From a virus, in IMG/VR virus record IMGVR_UViG_3300046169_000120, positions 1-64,000 of that record: a DNA stretch of 64,000 nucleotides. One strand, written 5' to 3'. Positions within the stretch are counted from its first letter, which is position 1, and each line of letters begins with the position of its first letter. Positions 28,278 to 37,107 of this stretch are shown piece by piece. The position numbers and the translations under genes were made by a program. Under the pieces are notes generated by a model, which was not told where the DNA came from, did not search any database, and saw only the letters and a list, made by a program, of their open reading frames with translations.

Positions 28278-29055
28278 TTTACTTCAGATAAACTTATTTT
28301 CCTATCTTCATGATGGAAAAAATATCTTTTTTTGCAAAACTGATTTTTTAGGCTCTGCCTTCTCTCAAATTGAAAAAATTAAAAACAACATCATACTGAT
28401 CACCGGCAATAGCGATCATCAAGTCAACGACAACATAATAAAGCGAGCGCCCAAAAATATTAAGCATTGGTTTGCACAAAATGCTAATTCTGATAATATT
28501 TTCGGAATACCTATGGGCTTAGAAAATTCCATTGAATGTAAAATTAGCAACCACGGATATGTTTGGCCGCATGCTCAACCCAAGCATGATTATATATCAA
28601 CACTTTGCCCACAAGAGCCATCTGGATATATATATGCAAATTTCTCAATTAGCACGAATTCCCCCATAAGAAAAAAAGTATGTGATCTTTGTGAATCTAT
28701 TGAATATATCACTACAGACATTTGTTCAGATTACAAAGAAATTAATAAAAAAAGTTTTGCAAATTACATCAAAAGTATTCTAGAGCATAAAATGGTTGTT
28801 TGTCCAGAGGGCAATGGAGTGGACTGTCATAGAGTATGGGAAACCTTATTGGTCGGAAGAGTCCCTATAGTTAAAAAATCTACCGCAATGAACCATTTCT
28901 CGGAACTACCAATATTATATGTTCAGGACTGGGAACAATTAAAAGACAAAAAATACATCTTTTCAGAGTATCATCGCGTTAAAAATAACAATAAGCAAAA
29001 ATTACAATTTAAATATTGGGAATCACTTGTATTATCATTAAGAAATAATTTATGA
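28252..29055 (+). CDS. Exostosin/GT47-like protein
   Basis: WFAQN, IPMGL, CPEGNGVDCHRVWETLLVGRVPIV. Confidence 0.75.
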   Translation: MQYQNIKRNLLQINLFSYLHDGKNIFFCKTDFLGSAFSQIEKIKNNIILITGNSDHQVNDNIIKRAPKNIKHWFAQNANSDNIFGIPMGLENSIECKISNHGYVWPHAQPKHDYISTLCPQEPSGYIYANFSISTNSPIRKKVCDLCESIEYITTDICSDYKEINKKSFANYIKSILEHKMVVCPEGNGVDCHRVWETLLVGRVPIVKKSTAMNHFSELPILYVQDWEQLKDKKYIFSEYHRVKNNNKQKLQFKYWESLVLSLRNNL

Positions 29056-30083
29056 AAAAAATAATAGTAACAGGAGTCACTGGCCAAGATGGAAGTCATA
29101 TGGTCGATTATCTATTAAAGAATACTGATCATGAAATATATGGTTCAGTGAGAAGGTTGAGCGTTAAAAATCACGAGAATATTCTGCATCTAGAAAATGA
29201 GCCGCGATTTCACTTGATTGACATGGATCTAAATGATGCTCACAGCATGCGCGATGTGATACTTGATATTCAACCCGATTACTTTATCAATTTTGCGGCA
29301 CAATCATTTGTCGCAGGTAGTTGGAATTATCCAATTCAAACATGGGATACAGACGCAGATGCAGTGCTACATATTCTTGAGTCAATTCGTCGATTTGTTC
29401 CTGATTGTAAATTTTATAATGCTGGATCAAGCGAAGAGTTTGGTGACGTCGTAACAAACCCTCAAAACGAAGATCATCCATTGCGACCACAAAGCCCTTA
29501 TGGCGCAGCCAAATGTGCAGCTAGGCACCTTGTACGCGTCTACAGAGAGTCTTATAACCTCTACGCTGTTCAAGGCTGGTTGTTTAATCATGAAGGAAGT
29601 CGTCGCGGTCTTGATTTCGTGACTCGTAAAATTTCTCACACAGTAGCAAGAATAAAAATTGCTCTAGAATTAAACAAAACAATCCCCATTTTGAAGCTCG
29701 GAAACATTGAAGCTCAACGCGACTGGAGTGACGCAGAAGATTTCATGGAAGGTGTTTGGTTGATGCTCAATCAAAAGGCTCCCAAAAATTATGTATTGGG
29801 TAGCGGCGAGATGCACACAGTGCGTGAATTTCTTGAAGAAGCTTTAAAATGCGCAGGTATCGAATTTGAATCGCGAGGTACAGAAGCTGATGAAAAATAT
29901 TATACTGTTGATGGCGAACTAATTTTTGAAGTTGATCCAAAATTTTATCGACCCGCAGAAGTGCACGAATTGTGCGGTGATCCATCGCTTGCAGAAAACG
30001 AAATGGGCTGGGTTCGCAAAACAGATTTTTACGGATTGGTAAAAAAGATGTATCAAAGCGATTATGCTTTGTTGACTCAATGA
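29052..30083 (+). CDS. gmd: GDP-mannose 4,6-dehydratase
   Basis: TGVTGQDGS, AAQSFV, SPYGAAK, FNHE, FVTRKI, RDWS, FYRPAEV. Confidence 0.96.
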   Translation: MKKIIVTGVTGQDGSHMVDYLLKNTDHEIYGSVRRLSVKNHENILHLENEPRFHLIDMDLNDAHSMRDVILDIQPDYFINFAAQSFVAGSWNYPIQTWDTDADAVLHILESIRRFVPDCKFYNAGSSEEFGDVVTNPQNEDHPLRPQSPYGAAKCAARHLVRVYRESYNLYAVQGWLFNHEGSRRGLDFVTRKISHTVARIKIALELNKTIPILKLGNIEAQRDWSDAEDFMEGVWLMLNQKAPKNYVLGSGEMHTVREFLEEALKCAGIEFESRGTEADEKYYTVDGELIFEVDPKFYRPAEVHELCGDPSLAENEMGWVRKTDFYGLVKKMYQSDYALLTQ

Positions 30084-31036
30084 AGCGCAAATCAATCTTT
30101 CTAGCAGGTCACCGCGGAATGGTTGGATCTGCAGTTCTCAATTATTTACAAAGCAATGGTTACGAAAATGTAATCACACGAACTCGTGGTGAACTCGATT
30201 TGATTAGTCAATCACAAGTTGATAGTTTTTTCGCGAAAGAGCGTCCAGATGCAGTAATCATTTGCGCGGCAAAGGTTGGCGGCATTCTCGCAAACAATAC
30301 ATATCGCGCAGACTTTATCTATCAAAATCTACAAATAGCAAGCAACCTAATACATGCTTCAAGCAAATATAATGTTGAAAAACTAATCAATCTTGGTAGT
30401 TCATGTATATATCCTCGAGATGCAAAAATACCAATTGTAGAAGAAAGCCTCTTAACAGATGTATTAGAAAAAACAAATGAACCATATGCTATCGCAAAAA
30501 TAGCAGCAATCAAATTGTGCGAAAGTTATTACGAACAATATAACAATAATTTTTATTCGATTATGCCGTGCAACATGTATGGGCCGCGAGATAATTTTGA
30601 TTTAAAGAGCTCACATGTTTTACCCGCACTAATAAGAAAAGTGCATGAAGCAAAAGAAAGTGGCGCCGAAAATGTGGAAGTTTGGGGAAGTGGTAAACCA
30701 TTGCGCGAATTTTTATATGTTGACGATCTGGCGCAAGCAATAACATATTGCCTTGAAAATGTTGGCGCGAAAGATGTATACAGCAAAGACATCTCACACA
30801 TCAATTGTGGATCCGAAGATGAAGTATCTATTCTTGAATTGACACATTTGATACAAAAGGTTGTGGGCTATCAAGGAGAGATCGTCTTTGACTCTAGCAA
30901 ACCCGACGGAACCTACCGTAAAAAAATGGACAACACTCAATTATCAAACATTGGATTTACCGCAAAAACCTCTCTAGAACAAGGACTCAAAAAAACATAC
31001 GCCTGGTATCTAGAAAATAAACAAAAATTTGTGTAA
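30080..31036 (+). CDS. fcl: GDP-L-fucose synthase
   Basis: AGHRGMVGSA, AAKVGGI, LGSSCIYP, YAIAK, SHVLPAL, WGSGKPLREF, KPDG. Confidence 0.96.
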   Translation: MKRKSIFLAGHRGMVGSAVLNYLQSNGYENVITRTRGELDLISQSQVDSFFAKERPDAVIICAAKVGGILANNTYRADFIYQNLQIASNLIHASSKYNVEKLINLGSSCIYPRDAKIPIVEESLLTDVLEKTNEPYAIAKIAAIKLCESYYEQYNNNFYSIMPCNMYGPRDNFDLKSSHVLPALIRKVHEAKESGAENVEVWGSGKPLREFLYVDDLAQAITYCLENVGAKDVYSKDISHINCGSEDEVSILELTHLIQKVVGYQGEIVFDSSKPDGTYRKKMDNTQLSNIGFTAKTSLEQGLKKTYAWYLENKQKFV

Positions 31037-31045
31037 TTAATATCT

Positions 31046-32455
31046 ATGGAAAACGAATCTCACTCTGCAAAACGTTCTGGACCAAAGAGTTCAGCACAGA
31101 CCCCTGCTAAAAAATCCGAGCAAAAAAAAGGTTCTGACAAAAATAAACCTGGAAGCGCCGGAGAAAAAGGTAGTAAAATCACCTTTTCTGATCGCGTACT
31201 TGAGTCTTTAAAAACTAAAGTAAAAGAACACAATTCTAAATCAAGTAAAAAAGTTACGCTTTCTCAATTAAAGAAAGTATATCGTCGAGGAGCAGGTGCA
31301 TTTTCTTCTAGTCATCGGCCAGGCAAAAGTCGTGGTCAATGGGCTATGGCGCGAGTCAATATGTTTTTGAAAATGGTTCGCGGTGGAAAAGTTAAAGATA
31401 GTTACCGTAAGGCAGATCAAGATGTTGCGAAAGCATCAGCTGGTTTTATTATTGAAGATGGAGTGAGAGATGAAGCTAATCTTTTTGCAGAAGAAGATCT
31501 TATTGCCGCCAAGCTTGATATTGACAATCACCAACTACAAGAAGATCCAGAATTTACTGATGACATGTGGGATACAATTTTTATCGATGTCGATGAACTG
31601 GGTTTTGAAGAATACACAGATGAAGAAAGTTGGGCTGCAGAGAAAAATAAAGGTAAAAAACTAAACAAACCATTTCGCACACCAGGTGGACCAAAAAAGT
31701 TTTCTGTTTATGTTAAAAACGAAAAAGGAAATGTTGTTAAAGTAAACTTTGGCGATCCAAACATGGAAATTAAAAGAGACGACCCAAATCGTCGCAAAAA
31801 TTTCAGAGCTCGTCATAATTGTTCTAACCCTGGCCCCAAAACAAAAGCTCGTTATTGGAGTTGCAAAATGTGGAGCAAAAAGAGTGTTACTAACATCACA
31901 AAAGGTGAAGAAGAAAGCTCTGAAGAAGAAATTCTAGAAGAAACCTCTGCCTCCCCAAAAGATGATGTGGAAAAAATATTCATGGATCATTGTGCAAATT
32001 ACGATAATGACCTAGTTAACACAGCTGGCATGGATAAAGATAAAACCTATGCAGCTTGTTCTATTCAATATAAAAAAATGAAAAGTTCTCTTTATGAAAA
32101 AGGTCAAGCAGGATTAACAGAAGAACAAAAGAAACTTCCAAAACCCCTGCAAGAGGCAATCTTGAAAAAACAAGGTGTAAAGATGGATGAATCTGAATCT
32201 GGTTTGTGGGAAAATATCCAAAAAAAGAAAAAACGCATGGGTAAAAATTACAAGCCAGCAAAACCCGGAGATAAAGACTATCCATCAAAAAAAGCAATTA
32301 AAAAAGCCCAATCCGCAGATGAAGAAAAAGACTTCAAGCCACACATGATGTACGACCCAAAAACAGGAAAAGCTGTAGAAGTAAAAACATATAAAAAACA
32401 TCTAGAATTAAAAGATAAGGGTTATACCCACGAAAAGTCTAACCCTCAAAATTAA
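31046..32455 (+). CDS. Mosaic basic/acidic virion (internal head?) protein with DUF5824- and DUF6321-like modules
   Basis: LKKVYRRGAGAF...WAMARVN; PKKFSVYVK...FGDPNM...RRKNFRARHNC...YWSC; GLWENI; FKPHMMYDP; GTGTA upstream. Confidence 0.65.
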   Translation: MENESHSAKRSGPKSSAQTPAKKSEQKKGSDKNKPGSAGEKGSKITFSDRVLESLKTKVKEHNSKSSKKVTLSQLKKVYRRGAGAFSSSHRPGKSRGQWAMARVNMFLKMVRGGKVKDSYRKADQDVAKASAGFIIEDGVRDEANLFAEEDLIAAKLDIDNHQLQEDPEFTDDMWDTIFIDVDELGFEEYTDEESWAAEKNKGKKLNKPFRTPGGPKKFSVYVKNEKGNVVKVNFGDPNMEIKRDDPNRRKNFRARHNCSNPGPKTKARYWSCKMWSKKSVTNITKGEEESSEEEILEETSASPKDDVEKIFMDHCANYDNDLVNTAGMDKDKTYAACSIQYKKMKSSLYEKGQAGLTEEQKKLPKPLQEAILKKQGVKMDESESGLWENIQKKKKRMGKNYKPAKPGDKDYPSKKAIKKAQSADEEKDFKPHMMYDPKTGKAVEVKTYKKHLELKDKGYTHEKSNPQN

Positions 32456-32461
32456 TAAGCT

Positions 32462-33976
32462 ATGGACAATAAAAAGATAACCGAATTACCGTTAGAAGCG
32501 TTACCATCGAACGACGATGTACTGGCGATAGTAAGCGACCCAATTGGTACGCCCCAAACACGACAAGTAACAGTGTCAAATTTGTTAGCGCTCACTCCCG
32601 ACAATTCAACCCCTGTTACACTCGCCACTGTCGCAAGCAATTACTTGTCGTTGAGTGGACAACAACTTACGGCAGGTACAGTTCCAGTTTCATTGGGAGG
32701 TACAGGAGCAACAACTGCTGCCACTGCTCGTACAAGTTTAGGTGTTGATGCATCAGGAACCGACAATTCAACCCCTGTTACACTCGCCACTGTCGCAAGC
32801 AATTACTTGTCGTTGAGTGGACAACAACTTACGGCAGGTACAGTTCCAGTTTCATTGGGAGGCACAGGAGCAACAACTGCTGCCGCTGCTCGTACAAACC
32901 TTGGAATTTCGGGTGCATCTCTAAGTTTTGAAACGGAGGCTGGAGCCACCCGAACCCTTAGCGACAGTGATAGTGGAAAAGTTATCTCATGCACTAATAC
33001 AAGTGATGTAACGATTACAATCCCTAGTACATTAACTTCTGGCTTTAACTGTAGGATAGTTCAATCGGGTACAGGGCAGGTTGCTGTAACAGCTGGATCA
33101 GGAGTAAATCTTTACGGGTACGCTGGTTTAGCAACAGCGGGTAGATATGCCGCAATTAACATTGTACCTGTATCGAGTTCGACTTATGTAATCGAAGGTG
33201 AGGCAACATTTCCCCCAGGTGATTTCGATAACAATATTTACGCAGTACGACTTGATGGTGCTACAGAGTATTTAGCGACAGGTAGCACCTTTAATTCTCT
33301 CTTTCAAGACAGTTTTAGTATGTCATTTTGGGCTAGGGTTGATGCATCATCGACCGGACTTCGGTTCTTGGCAACTAGTGCAATTTCGGGAGTCAATAGG
33401 TTTCAAGTAAACTTCTCAGGGTCAGCAATGTCTGCGTATATTAGTTGCAACTCTGCACAAGATACGCTTACTGCAAGCACAAGTCACACATACACCGATT
33501 GGTTTCATGTAGCTGTTGTTGCAGAACAAAGCGGAAGTAATCTGAATTTTAAATTATATGTTAACGCAAGTAACGATGATTCAGGGGTCTTAGCTACAAA
33601 TTTATCTAACTTCACAACTTCAACAAACCTTCTTTTAGGTGCAAGAACTACAGCTGGAAATTCAGGGTCTTACGGATGGCTTGGAGATATAGACGAAGTT
33701 GCATTTTTCAATACTGCTTTATCAGGTCCACAGGTAGCAAATATTTACAAAGGCCAAAATAATGGAGCAACAACAGGAGGAACTAATGGTGTTCCAGGTG
33801 ATCTGACCACATTCAGTCCCGCACACTGGTGGAGAATGGGCGATAGTGATTCTGCATCAAGCGGTGGAATCGTGACTACTATAACCGACCTAAGAGGTAG
33901 CGTTGATTTGTCGGGTCAGAACACCCCTGTTTACCACGACCTAAGTACAGACCCTGATTCAATACACGTAGCTTAA
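32462..33976 (+). CDS. Fibre protein with a C-terminal LamG/concanavalin-A-like domain
   Basis: KKITELP N-terminus, GGTGATTA..ARTNLG repeats, WFHVA, LYVN, IDEVAFFNTALS, HWWRMGD. Confidence 0.85.
   Translation: MDNKKITELPLEALPSNDDVLAIVSDPIGTPQTRQVTVSNLLALTPDNSTPVTLATVASNYLSLSGQQLTAGTVPVSLGGTGATTAATARTSLGVDASGTDNSTPVTLATVASNYLSLSGQQLTAGTVPVSLGGTGATTAAAARTNLGISGASLSFETEAGATRTLSDSDSGKVISCTNTSDVTITIPSTLTSGFNCRIVQSGTGQVAVTAGSGVNLYGYAGLATAGRYAAINIVPVSSSTYVIEGEATFPPGDFDNNIYAVRLDGATEYLATGSTFNSLFQDSFSMSFWARVDASSTGLRFLATSAISGVNRFQVNFSGSAMSAYISCNSAQDTLTASTSHTYTDWFHVAVVAEQSGSNLNFKLYVNASNDDSGVLATNLSNFTTSTNLLLGARTTAGNSGSYGWLGDIDEVAFFNTALSGPQVANIYKGQNNGATTGGTNGVPGDLTTFSPAHWWRMGDSDSASSGGIVTTITDLRGSVDLSGQNTPVYHDLSTDPDSIHVA
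32598..32897. repeat. Intragenic duplication, period 162 bp (54 aa)
   Basis: CCGACAATTCAACCCCTGTT...GCTCGTACAA at 32598 and 32760. Confidence 0.92.
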
Positions 33977-33977
33977 T

Positions 33978-34202
33978 ATGAGAAAATATGTAATTATAGA
34001 TAAATCGGAAGTTAGCTTGGTTGACTTTTCTAAAACATTAATGACATCAGAGAATACGCTATTTTACTCCCTTGATGGCACAAAAACTGTAATTAAGTAC
34101 GAAGGTGATGAGCCATTCTTTTTGGCAGGAAAAACAGAATACAGTCATAGCGAAATAATAGTAATTCTAGATACTGACTTTTGGCGAGAAAACGAATCAT
34201 AG
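33978..34202 (+). CDS. Small LamG-partner protein 1
   Basis: YVII...VDFS...TL.YSLDGTKT..KYEG..P.FL.GK..YSHS; paralog of 35818 and 36873. Confidence 0.8.
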   Translation: MRKYVIIDKSEVSLVDFSKTLMTSENTLFYSLDGTKTVIKYEGDEPFFLAGKTEYSHSEIIVILDTDFWRENES

Positions 34203-34210
34203 AAAACATC

Positions 34211-35821
34211 ATGCCTGCACCACAAAGTTTTAATAAAATATTACTCACAACAAGCAATGAAAGTGAAAAAAATATTACATTGCAAGAAATTAGCGGACAA
34301 TTATATATAAATGATCATCTTGTTATTACATCTGCAAATATTGGATCGTTGTCAAATATTACAGTTATCGAATCTGATGTAACAACACTACAAACCGACC
34401 TAACAACACTGGATACTAGCGTAAGCACTTTACAATCTGAAGTGTCAACATTACAAGCAAGTTCTGGCACCTCAGTTTTAACAAATTCAAGTAGTGTAAG
34501 TTTTGACGGAACTAACGATCAAGCTCGAACATTTAGCGCTTTTGAATCAATGTTTCAAAGTAGCTTTAGTATTTCAGGTTGGGGAAAGCTTAATAACACC
34601 TCAGGTTTAAAGTTTTGGTTTGGAGTAAATGTTTCTGGGACCAGTCGTTATCAATTATATTTTAGCGGCTCAACATTGTATTCATTTATTCAATCTGGTG
34701 GCACTAGTGGAGATACCTTAAATAGTAATTCTAGTAGTGCTTCATTTACAGACTGGTTTCATGTTTGTGTCACATACGAACAAAGCGGCGCAAATCTGAT
34801 ACAAAAAATGTACATAAATGGATCCTTTGTTGACTCAGGAACTACCTCTACTGATTTATCCAATTGGTCAAACACAAGTCAAGACATGTTAATTGGCTCC
34901 AGGAACACTACTGGACAGTATGTTTGGAACGGGTTGATGGATGAGCTTGCATTTTTTGACTCAGCATTGTCTTCATCTGATGTGACTGCTATTTATAATA
35001 GCGGAAGTCCGACAGACTTAACCAATCTTAACCCCATACATTGGTGGAGAATGGGGGATGACGATAGCTCCACTGGTACTACAATTACTGATCAAGGTAG
35101 TGGAAGTGCAGATCTAGCCCTAACGAATGGACCAACATTTTCAACTAATATCCCCGAAGAAGAAGAGGTTTTCTCTAACACTTACAGCTTAAGCCTTGAC
35201 GGCGCTAATGACTATTTAAGCATAAGCGCTTCTAGTTATTCTATATCTGGCAACAAAAGCTTCTCAGCATGGCTTAAACCTACCTCAGGCTCTTATCACT
35301 ATCTTTGGGGTTACGGTACAAATTTATATGCTTTGTATTTCGACTCGTCCGCAGTTTCAATAAGAATGTGGCCGTCAGGTCAAGGCGGAGGATCAGGCAG
35401 AACTTATCAACGTATGGTTTCGCCCGTCTCGCTTACAAACGGTTCTTGGTACAATATAACCATCACTGGAGACGGAACTACATTAAAGTTATATGTTAAC
35501 GGGCAATCCGCGGCGAGTACTTACACAGACAATGACGATTGGTATTTTGAAACAGCCTTGAGGGCTGGAGCTTCAGGAACTTCTTTTTCGGGTCTTGTGG
35601 ATGAATTTGCATTCTTTAATTCTACTTTAAGCAGCTCCGAAGTGAGCGCCATTTATGGAAGCGGTGAACCTTCAAGCCTGAGCGATTACAATCCTCATTT
35701 ATGGTGGAGAATGGGAGACAATGACGGGGGTACAGGCACTACCGTCACAGATCAAGGTAGTGGCAGCAACGACGCAACACTAACCAACGGACCAACATTT
35801 TCAACAACAATACCATCATGA
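34211..35821 (+). CDS. Fibre protein with a short coiled coil and two LamG domains
   Basis: VTTLQTDLTTLDTSVSTLQ heptads; two S.DG.ND...DE.AFF...WWRMGD domains; start ATG 34211. Confidence 0.85.
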   Translation: MPAPQSFNKILLTTSNESEKNITLQEISGQLYINDHLVITSANIGSLSNITVIESDVTTLQTDLTTLDTSVSTLQSEVSTLQASSGTSVLTNSSSVSFDGTNDQARTFSAFESMFQSSFSISGWGKLNNTSGLKFWFGVNVSGTSRYQLYFSGSTLYSFIQSGGTSGDTLNSNSSSASFTDWFHVCVTYEQSGANLIQKMYINGSFVDSGTTSTDLSNWSNTSQDMLIGSRNTTGQYVWNGLMDELAFFDSALSSSDVTAIYNSGSPTDLTNLNPIHWWRMGDDDSSTGTTITDQGSGSADLALTNGPTFSTNIPEEEEVFSNTYSLSLDGANDYLSISASSYSISGNKSFSAWLKPTSGSYHYLWGYGTNLYALYFDSSAVSIRMWPSGQGGGSGRTYQRMVSPVSLTNGSWYNITITGDGTTLKLYVNGQSAASTYTDNDDWYFETALRAGASGTSFSGLVDEFAFFNSTLSSSEVSAIYGSGEPSSLSDYNPHLWWRMGDNDGGTGTTVTDQGSGSNDATLTNGPTFSTTIPS

Positions 35822-36045
35822 GAAATTACGTTATAATCGATAAATCAGAAGTTGCAAATATCGACTTCTCTAAAGTTAAAGAAACCTCGTTAGAAACCTT
35901 GAGATACTCTATAGACGGAACAAAAACATTTGTGAAGTTCGAAGGAGATACTCCTACATTTCTATCAGGCAAACAACAATATACTCACTCACAAATTCTA
36001 GAAATTCTTGCTGGAGAAGAGTGGGTAAGCGGAGAGCCAATTTAA
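35818..36045 (+). CDS. Small LamG-partner protein 2
   Basis: MRNYVIIDKSEV...TLRYSIDGTKTFVKFEG; ATGA overlap with the upstream LamG gene. Confidence 0.8.
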   Translation: MRNYVIIDKSEVANIDFSKVKETSLETLRYSIDGTKTFVKFEGDTPTFLSGKQQYTHSQILEILAGEEWVSGEPI

Positions 36046-36167
36046 AAAATAGAAAACAAATCATATTCTGTATAAGCAGAATTCATAAAAAACCCGCGCT
36101 TATATAAAATAAAAAAAATACATATAAAACTGTTTCCCATGGAGTTGATTTTCTTGTAAATATTTCT

Positions 36168-36722
36168 ATGGCAAAAATTCAACAAACCGAGGTTCTATCA
36201 TTAAACGGAGACAATGTTAGAATACAATCAAGCAAAGAAAATGCATTTGAGATTACAGACAGCGATGGAAACTTGTTGCTCAGTAGAAATTCATTAGAGG
36301 AAAGCATTTCAAGCCTTGCTACAGCAATAGAAAAAAACGACTTTATTTCTGTGCAAGAATCTCTTGACGCAGGTATAAGCTCTATAACGATATCTTTTGG
36401 AAGAAACTTTTCTTTTACGCCAAAAGTGGTTGCAAACATAATTTCTGAGTCAACAGATCAAATTTTGGCTTGTCAACTTTCAGAAACTACTCTTTCATCA
36501 GCAACATTTCATTTTTCAGATGAGATTCCCGCGGAAGGTTCTTACGCTATACAAGTTATAGCGTTAAGTCAAACTCAAGAAACTCAAGTGGCGACAATAG
36601 CTTCTTCTTCAGATATAACTTCAAGAACTGGAGATCCAGAAGGTACAGCTTTCTTTGCGTCAGACACTGATGAGCTTTATATTTATATAGGCTCAACTTG
36701 GAAAAAATTCGAATCGCAATAA
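36168..36722 (+). CDS. Short paralog of the 2512..4320 fibre, without the repeat stalk
   Basis: MAKIQQTEVLSLNGDNVRI vs MAKIFRTQELSVNGDNIRI; ILACQL...ATFHFSDEIP vs IIACQL...ATFQFSDGIP. Confidence 0.8.
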   Translation: MAKIQQTEVLSLNGDNVRIQSSKENAFEITDSDGNLLLSRNSLEESISSLATAIEKNDFISVQESLDAGISSITISFGRNFSFTPKVVANIISESTDQILACQLSETTLSSATFHFSDEIPAEGSYAIQVIALSQTQETQVATIASSSDITSRTGDPEGTAFFASDTDELYIYIGSTWKKFESQ

Positions 36723-36732
36723 CATATATAAT

Positions 36733-36867
36733 ATGTCAACAATAGATACAATAACAACCAGACCTACTTCAGGCATGAGCGCCGGAGATATATATTTTGA
36801 AACGTCAAGTAATAAAATCATTGTTTGGACAGGTTCCACCTGGACAGAGATTACTTCAGATAATTAA
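36733..36867 (+). CDS. 44-aa micro-protein consisting of one fibre beta-repeat
   Basis: Below the ORF-track cutoff: MSTIDTITTRPTSGMSAGDIYFETSSNKIIVWTGSTWTEITSDN; fills the gap between neighbours. Confidence 0.75.
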   Translation: MSTIDTITTRPTSGMSAGDIYFETSSNKIIVWTGSTWTEITSDN

Positions 36868-36872
36868 TAATT

Positions 36873-37103
36873 ATGAACGCTAGACAATATGTTATTATAA
36901 ACGCCGCTGATGTTTCATCCGTGAACTTTGATGATGTGCTTGAGACTTCCGCAGATACACTAAGATACAATGTAGCAGGGGATCAGACCTTTGTTAAATA
37001 CGAAGGAACCCAACCATCATTCTTGAGTGGAAAAACTCCATTAAATCACTCGCAAATGGTTGAAATTCTATCGAGCGAAGAATGGACAACTAAAGATATT
37101 TGA
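36873..37103 (+). CDS. Small LamG-partner protein 3
   Basis: RQYVII...VNFD...TLRY...TFVKYEG..PSFLSGK..LNHSQ. Confidence 0.8.
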   Translation: MNARQYVIINAADVSSVNFDDVLETSADTLRYNVAGDQTFVKYEGTQPSFLSGKTPLNHSQMVEILSSEEWTTKDI

Positions 37104-37107
37104 CACT

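Noticed and set aside
5228-31036. Window as a bacterial LPS/capsule locus or an integrated prophage
   Set aside because: Glycan genes are interleaved with portal and phage replication genes and one cluster carries the GTGTA motif; no wzx/wzy, integrase or host flank is seen
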